A DNA stretch of 56,898 nt from Octopus bimaculoides (lineage: Eukaryota), in contig NC_068986.1 of assembly GCF_001194135.2 (NCBI RefSeq), forward strand, positions 58,021,512 through 58,078,409. Reading direction: 5' to 3'. The position numbers and the translations under genes were made by a program. Each line of letters begins with the position of its first letter. Positions within the stretch are counted from its first letter, which is position 1. This document shows, one piece after another, positions 39,463 through 53,145 of this stretch. A model generated the notes under the pieces. It saw only the letters and a program-made list of their open reading frames with translations, made no database searches and was not told the origin of the DNA.

Positions 39463-39908
39463 GGGTAACGAGTTGGCAAAATCGTTAGAGCGGTAGAAAA
39501 AAAAATGTTTGCAGTATTTCATCCGGCTCTCTTCCTTCTGAGTTCAAATTCTTTCGATGTCAGCCTTGCGTTTCACCCTACTGGCTCGATAAAAGAAAGA
39601 ACAAATCTTGTACAGAGGTCGATGGTATCTACTAACTTCTATCCTCAAAACTGCAGGCTTTGCGTCTAAAGTAGAAATAATTATTACCAGATAAGATAAT
39701 AATATGCCGCGGTTGATGATAGGCAGTGAAAATATCTTGTGGAATTTAGTTACAGCTCTTTAGCTTCTGAGATCAAATCACGATGAGGTTGACTTCCTTT
39801 CGTGGTTGGTTGATAAAACACGTACTAGTCAAGTACTAGAGACAACGGGCTCGATTAAAAACCTCCAATCAAAATTGTTGGCCTTGTACCTGAATTAGAA
39901 GCCATTAT
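39463..39908 (+). mobile_element. Two tandem decayed SINE family A copies
   Basis: gagttggcaaaatcgttag...ctgagttcaaatt, then a second copy ending aaaattgttggccttgtacc...agccattatt. Confidence 0.7.
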
Positions 39909-40794
39909 TAATATTGAATTCCTATACTAGTACAGTGCCGTAACACATTGAAATTAGCAAAGTATGTATTCAGTTGTATTGACACCGAATTGATAGTCTA
40001 CCTTGGGGTGGGGGGTGAAATATAGGAAAACTCAAAGCTGATTCCAGCGGAATTTAAATTCAAGATGTATAAGACTGAGAGTTAACCAGGCGTTCTATCA
40101 CCATATGTTTTGCTTAATATTGATCGATTGATTAATTGATTAACCTTGTAAATAGACGGTGGCACATGAATTTTATGTGTGTGTATNNNNNNNNNNNNNN
40201 NNNNNNNNNNNNNNNNNNNNNNNNNNNNNNNNNNNNNNNNNNNNNNNNNNNNNNNNNNNNNNNNNNNNNNNNNNNNNNNNNNNNNNNNNNNNNNNNNNNN
40301 NNNNNNNNNNNNNNNNNNNNNNNNNNNNNNNNNNNNNNNNNNNNNNNNNATATATATATATATATATATATATATACGTATTATATGTATATATGTATGT
40401 GTGTGCGCGCGCTTGTAGATGCGCATATACGCATTGATAGATGTGTGTGTGTATTAATTCAACTAAATATAATTTTAGTATCTTTTCTTGATTATGGCTT
40501 ACTTAGTTCTCACTCACTAACTGCGAGTGTGTGCGTGCTCGGGCGCGTGCGCACTTATGTATATGACTTGAATAGAGTAACTCCTCAGCAAAATTATTAA
40601 CAAAATATATTTTGAACGTGAGCGTTGGTGAACTTCACCCTGGAAGAGAGGTGAAATTTTCATGGTGAAAGAGATATTGGGACCGTATTACAGATGTAGA
40701 TCGGTTGTTTACAATGAAAGTATTAGTGCCTAAACATATGCGTTGGCAATGATTTGAGATGTTTTAGAGTATTTAATAGTTATTCTCTTTGTGG

Positions 40795-41208
40795 TCGTCT
40801 TTACGTTCTGAGTCCCAATTCCGCCGAGGTCGACTTTGCCTTTCATCTTTTCGGAGTCAATAAAAATAAGTATCAGTTGAGTACTAGGGTCAATGTAATC
40901 GACTAGCCCCCCCCCCCAAATTGCTGGCCTTGTGTCAAAATATGAAATCAATATTTTGCAGGTTTAAGGTTGCGAGCTAGTAGAATCGTTAGCACACCAG
41001 GCAATATGCATAGAGGAATTCGGTCTGTTTTTACGCTGAGCTAAAATGCTGTTGAGNNNNNNNNNNNNNNNNNNNNNNNNNNNNNNNNNNNNNNNNNNNN
41101 NNNNNNNNNNNNNNNNNNNNNNNNNNNNNNNNNNNNNCAGGGGGTCGATATAATCAACTTAGACCCTGCCTCGAAAATACTGGCCTTGTATCAAAATTTG
41201 AAAGCAAT
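40795..41208 (+). mobile_element. SINE family A dimer; the second unit spans an N gap
   Basis: Unit 1 is about 40795-40956. Unit 2 starts near 40966, enters the gap at 41057-41137 and resumes with ggggtcgatataatc...aaaatttgaaagcaatatt. Confidence 0.8.
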
Positions 41209-41768
41209 ATTTTCTTGGTTTTACTCAGTGGATTGTGGCACTTTCAGGCAACAGATTGAAGGGTTTAACCCATATAACGATCTTAATATTTTGCTTAATT
41301 ATTGTTTAATTGATATCTTCAACCCAAGTGGGATTTGAACTAAAAAAGAGCAGGACCGTATTCAAATATAACAAGTTATTTTATTACGAAACTCTAAGTT
41401 TAACCCACAAAGTTTTGTTCAACGTGAAACATTGGCAGATGTCGCGTAGTAAGATCGAAGACAGATACACATGAAGTGAACTCCATTTTATTGGGTAATT
41501 TAGAATGAATTTAAGAAATCCGAGCTGCCCATGAACAAACAAGAGTATCTTCACATATGAACGAAATTAATTTGTTCCTACTACAATAAACTCGAACTAG
41601 GTACAGCAAGTTACTTATGAAAACCTTGACAATTGCACAAGACCCAAATTATCTGCAATGACAAGCCGAATTTGATAAACGGTGCATATTTTTCAGCTAA
41701 TCAAGATCTTGTATTTGCGAATAATGCGTTGTACTGATGGCGGAATAGATATAAACAACGTTTCGATT

Positions 41769-41874
<106 letters not shown>

Positions 41875-43001
41875 CACATATTTGAAGCAAATGAGTTATA
41901 TCAACAATATGTTATAGCCAATATTACAAGAATATGTAGAATTACATTATAATATGTCTAAGTCTCGAAAATTGATACATTTTTACGACAAAACGAAAAT
42001 CTAGTTCGTATTTCTATTGCTTTTAGATTATTGACTTTTATAAATTAAATAGTTTGAATTATTCAAATGGTAGAGGCAAGAAGAACCTTATTTCCTTAAT
42101 GTAATCGCATTGAGTATGGTGTCCTTCAGACGTAACATCATATCATCGATTTTTATAGTTTTGCTGGAAGTAAATATTTATAAAGATCACAGGAATTCAT
42201 ACTTCAAAAGACAGAGACATCGTCATCAAACGTCACTATTGAGAATTGTAATAACATCAATCTTGCTGATCTTCTAGCAGTATGAATCCCTTCATCCTCT
42301 CCCCCAACATTATCGCGAGACTTAATACTTTTTCTCTACAAATCATGTTTGATCTTCACCAGAGATCTCCCCTGCACATGACAGACAAAGAGAGAGAAGA
42401 GGGTGGACTGTCCCCCTTCAACCATACGTGATCTCATGTACTTTTACATTCCCTATACGGTTACCTCCACGTTCACTAATTTACAGCTTTTCCTATATGT
42501 TTCACCACTGTTACTAGATGCTACATGCATATGGTATGCCTGTGCGCGCGCATGTGTTTTACTCAAGTACCAGAAACAAATATAGATATAAATAGAATAC
42601 CTGATTCTTATAATCTCTCTTTTTGCCATATTTTATCTCTATGCTGTAGTAGAATCTTTTTCCCAGTGCACAGAAACCAACTTTTTATCAACCGATTGTA
42701 ACAACAAATTCCCAACTATAAAAGCTTTGAAATTGTCATAAAGAAACCTAAAGTTTTTGCAAGACTAAGAGGAAATTTTATTATGTATCTGATTCAGATG
42801 TTAGCTTTATAATCACGTTGTTCTGGATTCGCTTCCATTATAATACATTTTGGACCAACGTATTCTTCTATAATATACGCAAAGATAATGGCATTGTTTC
42901 GCTGTCTTCGACTATCTCCACTAACGGACTACTCTAGCAACAGACATTAGTAGGCGTGTTACAGGAGTACAGCTTGAATTTTGTCTCGGGGCCTAACATA
43001 A

Positions 43002-43047
<46 letters not shown>

Positions 43048-43625
43048 NNNNNNNNNNNNNNNNNNNNNNNNNNNNNNNNNNNNNNNNNNNNNNNNNNNNN
43101 NNNNNNNNNNNNNNNNNNNNNNNNNNNNNNNNNNNNNNNNNNNNNNNNNNNNNNNNNNNNNNNNNNNNNNNNNNNNNNNNNNNNNNNNNNNNNNNNNNNN
43201 NNNNNNNNNNNNNNNNNNNNNNNNNNNNNNNNNNNNNNNNNNNNNNNNNNNNNNNNNNNNNNNNNNNNNNNNNNNNNNNNNNNNNNNNNNNNNNNNNNNN
43301 NNNNNNNNNNNNNNNNNNNNNNNNNNNNNNNNNNNNNNNNNNNNNNNNNNNNNNNNNNNNNNNNNNNNNNNNNNNNNNNNNNNNNNNNNNNNNNNNNNNN
43401 NNNNNNNNNNNNNNNNNNNNNNNNNNNNNNNNNNNNNNNNNNNNNNNNNNNNNNNNNNNNNNNNNNNNNNNNNNNNNNNNNNNNNNNNNNNNNNNNNNNN
43501 NNNNNNNNNNNNNNNNNNNNNNNNNNNNNNNNNNNNNNNNNNNNNNNNNNNNNNNNNNNNNNNNNNNNNNNNNNNNNNNNNNNNNNNNNNNNNNNNNNNN
43601 NNNNNNNNNNNNNNNNNNNNNNNNN

Positions 43626-44294
43626 GAGTGCCCAAAAGAAATCGGAATTTTGCAATGTTATTTTATTCACTCAGTTTTACATATTTGCACTTTCAGTTCA
43701 CGACACGCATTTAGTCGTGACTACTTTTGATCTTCCGTGAACAGACGAGATACAAATTTTGTTGCAACTCGTTTCATTCGCAATTCCTCGCTCAAAATTC
43801 GTTGGCAGAGCTGCAGGACACACCAACCATAACAAGTTCGTCATTTGTTCGGTGACGGTCTTCCAAGGTCAGTTCATTTATTTTCACGGTGTTTTCATTC
43901 GTTGGGGAGGTCGACGGTCACCCTGAACGAGGTTGGTCTTCATGTGACAAATGACCACTCCTAGTTCGTGAAAACCATTCGTAACCATGTGTTTTGCTCA
44001 TGACAGCGTTCTTGTAAGCTGTCTGAATTATGACAACTATTTCGGCCGCCGTTTCCCTCAGCAGAAGACAGACTTTTTCGGAAGCACGTTTTTTATACGT
44101 TTCAGGCATCGCAAAAATTAACGAACAGGGGTGAAGCACTGCAAAACAATGACACGCCACGAGGCAGTACGACGCAACCCAACGACGCCGGTCGGTAGAG
44201 GGTAGCATCAAGTAGGTTCTTGTAGCAGAAACCCGAAATACAAAGGGCTTGTTCCACAGAGAATGTTTCCGGTTACTTTTGGGTACCCTCCTCC
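43626..44294 (-). mobile_element. mariner transposon, internally deleted, both terminal inverted repeats present
   Basis: The minus strand gives KVCLLLRETAAEIVVIIQTAYKNAVMSKTHGYEWFSR...EDQPRSG*PSTS (mariner N-terminal HTH). Left end GAGTGCCCAAAAGAAATCGGAA (43626, abutting a gap) matches the reverse complement of the right end, GAGGGTACCCAAAAGTAACCGGAA (44267-44290), which is followed by TA repeats. Confidence 0.85.
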
Positions 44295-44482
44295 TATATA
44301 TATATATGCGATGAATTGAGAAGCGGTGACGAATGACAATTCTGTAAATAACAATAATAGTCTAATATCAGGGCATATAAGCCCTCGACGGAAAAAAGTG
44401 GGTTTTCCGTATGCATGGGAATCGAACACAGCTGTATATATCTGCGATGATGGTAGCACAGTTATCACGAATATATAGCAGT

Positions 44483-44745
44483 TGGGGTCGATATAATCCA
44501 CTAGCCCATGTCCTCTGAAACTTCTGGCCTTGTACCGAAACTTGAAACCAATATTTTGCGGATTTAAAGCTGCGAGCTGGCAGAATCGTTAGCAGCCCGT
44601 ATTTCGTCCGTTTTTACGTCTCGAGTTCGTCATTTATCCTTTTTTAGAAGATAAAATAAGTATCGGTTGCACACTGGGGTCGCTGTAATCGACTTACGCT
44701 CTCCTTCGAAATTGCTGGCCTTGTGCCAAAATCTGAAAGCAATAT
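44483..44745 (+). mobile_element. SINE family A dimer (3' half of unit 1 plus unit 2)
   Basis: ggggtcgatataatc...gaaaccaatattttgcggatttaaagctgcgagctggcagaatcgttagc...gaaattgctggccttgtgccaaaatctgaaagcaatatt. Confidence 0.82.
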
Positions 44746-45914
44746 TTGTAACTTCTGCATTGTGCCTATCAATAGACTCTGAGAAATGACTGTCATGATA
44801 TATGAAATATTATTATTAAATTTGCTTCAGCACCGAGTAAAATGAAATGCACCAAATGTTGATAAGTTAGGAATCTATAATTAACATGGTGATCTTTTTT
44901 GAGAGCAAACGCTACATGCCATCATTAGATACTATCTGCTCACAACACACACACACACACATACATACATACATACATATATANNNNNNNNNNNNNNNNN
45001 NNNNNNNNNNNNNNNNNNNNNNNNNNNNNNNNNNNNNNNNNNNNNNNNNNNNNNNNNNNNNNNNNNNNNNNNNNNNNNNNNNNNNNNNNNNNNNNNNNNN
45101 NNNNNNNNNNNNNNNNNNNNNNNNNNNNNNNNNNNNNNNNNNNNNNNNNNNNNNNNNNNNNNNNNNNNNNNNNNNNNNNNNNNNNNNNNNNNNNNNNNNN
45201 NNNNNNNNNNNNNNNNNNNNNNNNNNNNNNNNNNNNNNNNNNNNNNNNNNNNNNNNNNNNNNNNNNNNNNNNNNNNNNNNNNNNNNNNNNNNNNNNNNNN
45301 NNNNNNNNNNNNNNNNNNNNNNNNNNNNNNNNNNNNNNNNNNNNNNNNNNNNNNNNNNNNNNNNNNNNNNNNNNNNNNNNNNNNNNNNNNNNNNNNNNNN
45401 NNNNNNNNNNNNNNNNNNNNNNNNNNNNNNNNNNNNNNNNNNNNNNNNNNNNNNNNNNNNNNNNNNNNNNNNNNNNNNNNNNNNNNNNNNNNNNNNNNNN
45501 NNNNNNNNNNNNNNNNNNNNNNNNNNNNNNNNNNNNNNNNNNNNNNNNNNNNNNNNNNNNNNNNNNNNNNNNNNNNNNNNNNNNNNNNNNNNNNNNNNNN
45601 NNNNNNNNNNNNNNNNNNNNNNNNNNNNNNNNNNNNNNNNNNNNNNNNNNNNNNNNNNNNNNNNNNNNNNNNNNNNACATACATGCATACATACGCACAC
45701 ATATACAACAAAGAAAATTTTCGAGAAATAAATAGAAATTAGTTTTTTTTACTCTGGTGTCATACAAAGCATGTAATCATATTCAGCTCTCTTAAGAATA
45801 TTATGCTTTCTACTTTGTAAATTGCCTTATTTTTACTTAATTCATTCCACATAACATACACACGCATACACACACACACACACACGTATGTATTATGTTG
45901 ACAGACAGACAGAC

Positions 45915-45974
<60 letters not shown>

Positions 45975-47024
45975 TACTTTCGGTCTCACGACTGAATAAA
46001 ATAGTCTCAAATTCACATGGCCGGCAAAAGAATGAAAGACCAAATGTTCAGGACTCCAAAATTTTGGACTAAAATCTAAAAATCTGTTTTAAAAACATTT
46101 AATCATAATTCGAGAAACATTGTAACATGTTTACTTTTTGTTGATATGAGATTAGTTTTAAGAAACAAAGCTGATTTATCCTATTTATTATATTATCTCA
46201 GCTTTNNNNNNNNNNNNNNNNNNNNNNNNNNNNNNNNNNNNNNNNNNNNNNNNNNNNNNNNNNNNNNNNNNNNNNNNNNNNNNNNNNNNNNNNNNNNNNN
46301 NNNNNNNNNNNNNNNNNNNNNNNNNNNNNNNNNNNNNNNNNNNNNNNNNNNNNNNNNNNNNNNNNNNNNNNNNNNNNNNNNNNNNNNNNNNNNNNNNNNN
46401 NNNNNNNNNNNNNNNNNNNNNNNNNNNNNNNNNNNNNNNNNNNNNNNNNNNNNNNNNNNNNNNNNNNNNNNNNNNNNNNNNNNNNNNNNNNNNNNNNNNN
46501 NNNNNNNNNNNNNNNNNNNNNNNNNNNNNNNNNNNNNNNNNNNNNNNNNNNNNNNNNNNNNNNNNNNNNNNNNNNNNNNNNNNNTAATAATAATGATAAT
46601 AATAATGATAATAATAATAATAATATAAATTAGAGATGCTATGTCGAAGACAAAAGCAAAAATTGAAATATTGTATTTAATCGAAAACTTCGTTCTTTAA
46701 ATTCTTACGTTATTGAATGATTCTGCTTTTCTTTCAATACAAAATATGAAAATGCAAAACGATTAACAAGTCGAATATTGATAGACTCGTGCACTTGTTT
46801 ATCCTGCCTTTGCCTTTATTCTTTCGCTTCATAATACCGACATATAAAATTCGGTCTTTTAATCCTTGTTTACGTTTGTATTAAAAGAATGGAGAATATT
46901 CAACAAGGAGAAAAAGATGGAAATATTCAATAAATAAACTTTTCAGATTTTGCTTTTATCTTTGATATGGTATCCCTGCTCTAAACGTTTCTTATTCTTC
47001 TTTCTTCTTATTATTATTACTGAA

Positions 47025-47245
47025 AGGCGGGTCAGCAGGCAGGATTGTTAAGATACAGGACAAAATGCTTAGCGACATTCCGTCCATCTTTACGAGTTTA
47101 AAATTCCGCCAAGGTCGACTTTACCTTACATAATTTCTGAGGTGATGAAATAAATACAAGTCAAGCACAGGCGTCGACGTAATCGACTTACCCAATCTCC
47201 GGAAATTGCTGGCCTTGTGCCAAAATTTGAAAGCATTATTATTAT
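47025..47245 (+). mobile_element. SINE family A, near full length
   Basis: aggcgg...aaatgcttagcgac...aaattccgccaaggtcgacttt...gaaattgctggccttgtgccaaaatttgaaagcattatt. Confidence 0.85.
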
Positions 47246-47706
47246 TAAGTAAATACGCACATTACATTTCGCTGTTCTTTGTTATTCTGACGTAGCACAA
47301 TAAAAGTATATATATATATATGTTACAATAAACTGCCTTTCAAAATCCTAAATAAATCTCTAAAGAATGTTTACTACACTATTTTAAACAAATCATTTTA
47401 AAACATTCGGTCTACTGAGTATTCGATCTTTCATGCTTTGAGTATTCTAATTTTTAGGTCATTTCAGTTTGGCCTTCTCGCGTTCCCTCAAAAAATCGAC
47501 ACCTATGTTATAAACATATACATACGTTGGTGCAGAAATAATACCAAAGTGTAGAAGATTTTCTTTTACTCTATACATATAGATTCGATCGGTTTCTCAG
47601 ACGGGAGAAATTACCTCTATTTACTTTTTATCTGTGAAACCGATTGTGCGTCGAACAAACGATGAGCAGAGTTTTCTGGTACAGCGAAAATAAAACAGGT
47701 GTGCGC

Positions 47707-47759
<53 letters not shown>

Positions 47760-49582
47760 CGTGCATTTGTGCGCGTTTAGGATCATTTCAGAACAATAAC
47801 ATCTTCGATAGTCATTCCCCCAAAAGCAGTATGGCGACAAAAGATATAAAAATTATAAAATTATATACATAGACAAATGGCGAATCACTGCCTCAGTGAA
47901 TTTTTCTTGGTGAAAATATCACACATCCAGATATATATTACAAACAAATAAATATGTGAGCATGTATGCGCGCGCGCGTATATGTGTATGTGTGTGTAAG
48001 TATATATATATATACTTATATCATATATATATATATATATATATATANNNNNNNNNNNNNNNNNNNNNNNNNNNNNNNNNNNNNNNNNNNNNNNNNNNNN
48101 NNNNNNNNNNNNNNNNNNNNNNNNNNNNNNNNNNNNNNNNNNNNNNNNNNNNNNNNNNNNNNNNNNNNNNNNNNNNNNNNNNNNNNNNNNNNNNNNNNNN
48201 NNNNNNNNNNNNNNNNNNNNNNNNNNNNNNNNNNNNNNNNNNNNNNNNNNNNNNNNNNNNNNNNNNNNNNNNNNNNNNNNNNNNNNNNNNNNNNNNNNNN
48301 NNNNNNNNNNNNNNNNNNNNNNNNNNNNNNNNNNNNNNNNNNNNNNNNNNNNNNNNNNNNNNNNNNNNNNNNNNNNNNNNNNNNNNNNNNNNNNNNNNNN
48401 NNNNNNNNNNNNNNNNNNNNNNNNNNNNNNNNNNNNNNNNNNNNNNNNNNNNNNNNNNNNNNNNNNNNNNNNNNNNNNNNNNNNNNNNNNNNNNNNNNNN
48501 NNNNNNNNNNNNNNNNNNNNNNNNNNNNNNNNNNNNNNNNNNNNNNNNNNNNNNNNNNNNNNNNNNNNNNNNNNNNNNNNNNNNNNNNNNNNNNNNNNNN
48601 NNNNNNNNNNNNNNNNNNNNNNNNNNNNNNNNNNNNNNNNNNNNNNNNNNNNNNNNNNNNNNNNNNNNNNNNNNNNNNNNNNNNNNNNNNNNNNNNNNNN
48701 NNNNNNNNNNNNNNNNNNNNNNNNNNNNNNNNNNNNNNNNNNNNNNNNNNNNNNNNNNNNNNNNNNNNNNNNNNNNNNNNNNNNNNNNNNNNNNNNNNNN
48801 NNNNNNNNNNATATATATATATATATATATATACATACACACACACACACATAAACATTATATTCATATAGAGGTGGTTTGTATGTGTACTCATATATTG
48901 ATATACACACGTGTATAACCCTATTAACACGTTCAGAAGCCTTAACATGTCCAAGGTGTGCATGCGTTCCTCAGCGAGTGAATGCAAGAGCCTGCATATT
49001 GTTGTGTCTATACACAGGAGCAACAATATCGCCACCAGCAGAAACAGCAGCTGCAGGAATAGCTAGCGAGTAGATACTAGCATTAGCAGCAACAGTATCA
49101 AAGACAGTAGCAGTAATATTGCCACCAGTAACAGTAGCAGTCCAGGGACGCCATCTATTTGGCACTATTTACTCATTTATTTTGTATAGCGTTAAGCTGA
49201 TACCTAGAATATTTGGGATTATATTCACTGTAGCACAATATATGTGGACATGCTAATAAGTTTCACTCGCCTAGTATCATGTAATATGCATATTATCAAA
49301 TTTCTGCGAGGAAAATAGTGGATTAGATTTCACTCGTAATGTGTGAACAGGAAGAGCAGAGAACACAAGATGTTAACCTCATTGTGTGTGCGCGCGCGCA
49401 TGTGTCTTTATGCACATGATGATTAATATTCCCGTAGGCAAATTAGTTCTACTTTCCCTTTCCCTTAGATACACTCACACACACACACACACACATAATT
49501 TGCGTGAGCATGCGCACGTGTGTATGTGTTTATGTATATCATAGAAGCACATACACAATCGCATATATACATGCATGTATAT

Positions 49583-49629
<47 letters not shown>

Positions 49630-50384
49630 CATACATATATACATTCATATTCATATATATAATACGTATATAAGTAAATATGTTTGTATAATATATACAT
49701 GTGCGTGTATACAAGTGTTTCACGCCAGTGCGATCTTCAGGCGAGAATAGGTCGTAAGTTCACAGTGGCATTAAATTTGTGTAGGAGGCCGCAGTTCAGT
49801 TTCAATAAACTACTTACAGGTTTGAGCTTATGAGTATGTGTGTATATGTGTGTTTGTTGATACAGATACACGCGCACACACACACACAAAGAAAGAAGGT
49901 GAGCGGTTCTAGACTCGCGCTTACTTCATCGCCCTCGATGCTTGAACTCAGAACAAGGAAAGACAAAATTGATATCAGCATGATTGGAACTGTGAGATAT
50001 AAATAAACATAGCTATATACTACAAATCTTCATATCCTGTACGCTGTGAAAGAAATCATTGGATTGACAGACTCAGTAGTATGTTGAGGAAAATCCTTAC
50101 ATCAGTTATTTACGCCTCTTTAAGCCGAATTGAAAACCTGCAGCACTCAACACTGTTTTTGCATTCTGCTAATATATAGTCCATAAAATAAAGTACTGCT
50201 CATTCACTATCGTAGGAATATTTCCATAATTTATCCAGGAGGAGAATAGAAAACTAAGATTCTATTATAGGGAGAAAGTTATGAATACTGTGGAACCGCA
50301 CCCTTGACAACAACTTGTTCTATTGTCTGAGTGAGAATGAAAGTTGAAGGAGCATGAACATTTTTTATTGTTCTCGTAAGTATA

Positions 50385-50396
50385 ATAATAATAATA

Positions 50397-50480
<84 letters not shown>

Positions 50481-50503
50481 AAGAAGAAGAAGAAGAAGAA
50501 GAA
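50385..50503. repeat. (AAT)n followed by (AAG)n
   Basis: Read directly from the sequence. Confidence 0.96.
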
Positions 50504-50533
50504 ATATTCTAAACATGAAAATCACAAGTTTAT

Positions 50534-50571
<38 letters not shown>

Positions 50572-51879
50572 GTGCGCGTGCACAAACAGATACACATTTT
50601 CACATAGATCTACAATTATATACAATTAACTCCATTTAGTGATTAATGATACAACTTTCAAACCAGCTGGATAAGTGGGATCTCAGACGAAACAGAAAGA
50701 AAAAGGAGATAAAGAAGAAAGAAGGGAAAATAAAGAGAAAATAGAGGGATGTAAACAGAACGAGAGAGAGAGAGAGAGAATAGAGAAAAAAGAGAGAGTG
50801 AGAGAGGGAAACAGATAATTTTACTGGTTAGCTTTAGGTTAGACGTGGCTTGGTGACTAAACCAATAGCTTCGATTGATTGTTTCAACAACCTTATAATT
50901 ATGTCGAACGAAAACAGTCAGAAGTGTGACATGTTGAGATACTGATTAAGTTTCCGTCAAGATACCAGGTTGTTTTGCCGAGTGGCAGGATGTGCTGGAG
51001 CACGAATNNNNNNNNNNNNNNNNNNNNNNNNNNNNNNNNNNNNNNNNNNNNNNNNNNNNNNNNNNNNNNNNNNNNNNNNNNNNNNNNNNNNNNNNNNNNN
51101 NNNNNNTATATATATATATATATATATATGTTTATCTCTTTTATATATTTGTTTATTTCACTAATAATTCTCCCATTAATGTTTCCGTCCGTACGGCAAA
51201 CTATTTCGCATCACTGACGAGGTTAGAATAAAACCGAAATTTATATTTCGTACTTACAACAACTATGTTGACAATATTAATCTTTGGACTAAGTAAGACA
51301 CACACACACACACTCACAAAAAGCCTATCCAGCATTTTTTTAAATATCCTTGTCAGCTTTTTGATTCTGCAAATATTAAACAAGATCACTCTAGTATATT
51401 GTTTTTCATTTTGATGTTCCATCACTAATTCGAAAGTTACACTGCAGATAAAATATCATCTAAGCTTCAGGAATAGTTTAAAACTTTTTGCTTTACGCCT
51501 GCACGTTTTAAATTTGGTACAAGAAATTTTCATCGTTCTTTCTCAGCGATTTTTTGTTGCGAAACAAACTATTTAAAATACAAGAATCATTTTGAAACAA
51601 AATAATACAAACAAAACAGAACTAATAAAAACAGAACAGTGATTATGAAGGATTATGTTTTTTGTTATATATATGATATATATATACACATACATATATA
51701 CGCATACATATATGATATTTATATATATTCATGTGTATGTGCGTGCGTGCGCGCGTGCGTATTTGTATGTAATTATGTTGGTATGTAAGAATGAATGAAC
51801 AATGTATGTGCGCAAGTGTGAGATTAAGTGCACGCTGAAATGATTGGAACTCATTGGACAGGTAGGGAATTTTACGTAC

Positions 51880-51936
51880 CTTCTGTAGCTTCGTAGAATC
51901 CAGAAAACGTGTCATTATGTTTGGACCCATTCAGCA
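51880..51936 (-). CDS. Pax2/5/8: Candidate upstream Pax2/5/8 exon, 57 nt, phase 1-1: (x)TG-LNGSKHNDTFSGFYEATE-G
   Basis: Long pyrimidine tract and acceptor ...ctctgtttttatccctttattacaactttattccattttgcctacacag|, donor AAG|GTACGT. The frame is open, and its last G joins the GT that starts the 7275 exon to make the invariant Gly of [10 protein letters not shown]. No transcript evidence is available. Confidence 0.6.
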
Positions 51937-52064
51937 CTGTGTAGGCAAAATGGAATAAAGTTGTAATAAAGGGATAAAAAACAGAGTCGGTAAAGGATCA
52001 CAAGCTCGCTGTTCTGAACCTAGGTCACAAAACATTTAACGATGTGTATTTGTGTGTGTGTGTG

Positions 52065-52118
<54 letters not shown>

Positions 52119-52271
52119 TAAATACACACATACACAAGTAACAAGACTTCAACACCGACAAGCTATTTCTTCATACACATTTAACATAGCATTAATTCAT
52201 ATGGGACAATGCACAAGAAAATGAAATCAAAAACAATAATGCACGATATTGCACAACGACANNNNNNNNNN

Positions 52272-52317
<46 letters not shown>

Positions 52318-52864
52318 GCTGACGCTATTGTATTTCACTATGTATACATAACTATGAGATCAGCTACACACACACAGACACTTAGACTACGCGTATACAT
52401 ATTCTATAAATTTTCATAATTTCAAAATTAGTTTCATCACTACTACTACTACTACTATAGATACATCTTCACATTTCTTTTTTAAATATTCAATAGTCAT
52501 TGTATATAAATGTTATATAAAAAGTTATACTCATTATGGTTTGTTTTTCATTACACTATACAAACACTGCTTAAGACACTCATGTTCTTAGAGTAAGAAT
52601 GAGATTTATTATCAGTGATGACTGCTTCCAAATTACACCGAAAGCTGTTTCTTCATAAAGACGTTATCACTGAAAAGTAAAGATCTCGTAGGCTAATATT
52701 TGCTTGTGTAATTATATAATGTTTGCTCAAAACACTCATTATATTATATTATACACGAATCAAGATTTTAACCATATGAGATCTCCACTGTTCACTGAAT
52801 TACATTGAATCCTACCAATCCGGTACTTAGTGCTACTGACCTTTAATTATCTTAAACTCATCTG

Positions 52865-52867
<3 letters not shown>

Positions 52868-52954
<87 letters not shown>
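52868..52954. repeat. (TA)n microsatellite
   Basis: Read directly from the sequence. Confidence 0.97.
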
Positions 52955-52955
<1 letters not shown>

Positions 52956-53094
52956 CTGTATAACACGGACTTCCTATCATACTTCAGAAAATGTTCCCTA
53001 AATGTATTGTTTCGTCCGATTAGTGAGCGCTCTTTATTTGCAGCATATATTTCTTTCTGAGAAATGTCATTCAAGTGAATGTGGTCTAGTGGTA

Positions 53095-53145
<51 letters not shown>

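Noticed and set aside
48960-49165. Ala/Thr-rich ORFs
   Set aside because: They derive from a decayed (AGC/AGT) triplet repeat and have no supporting splice signals.
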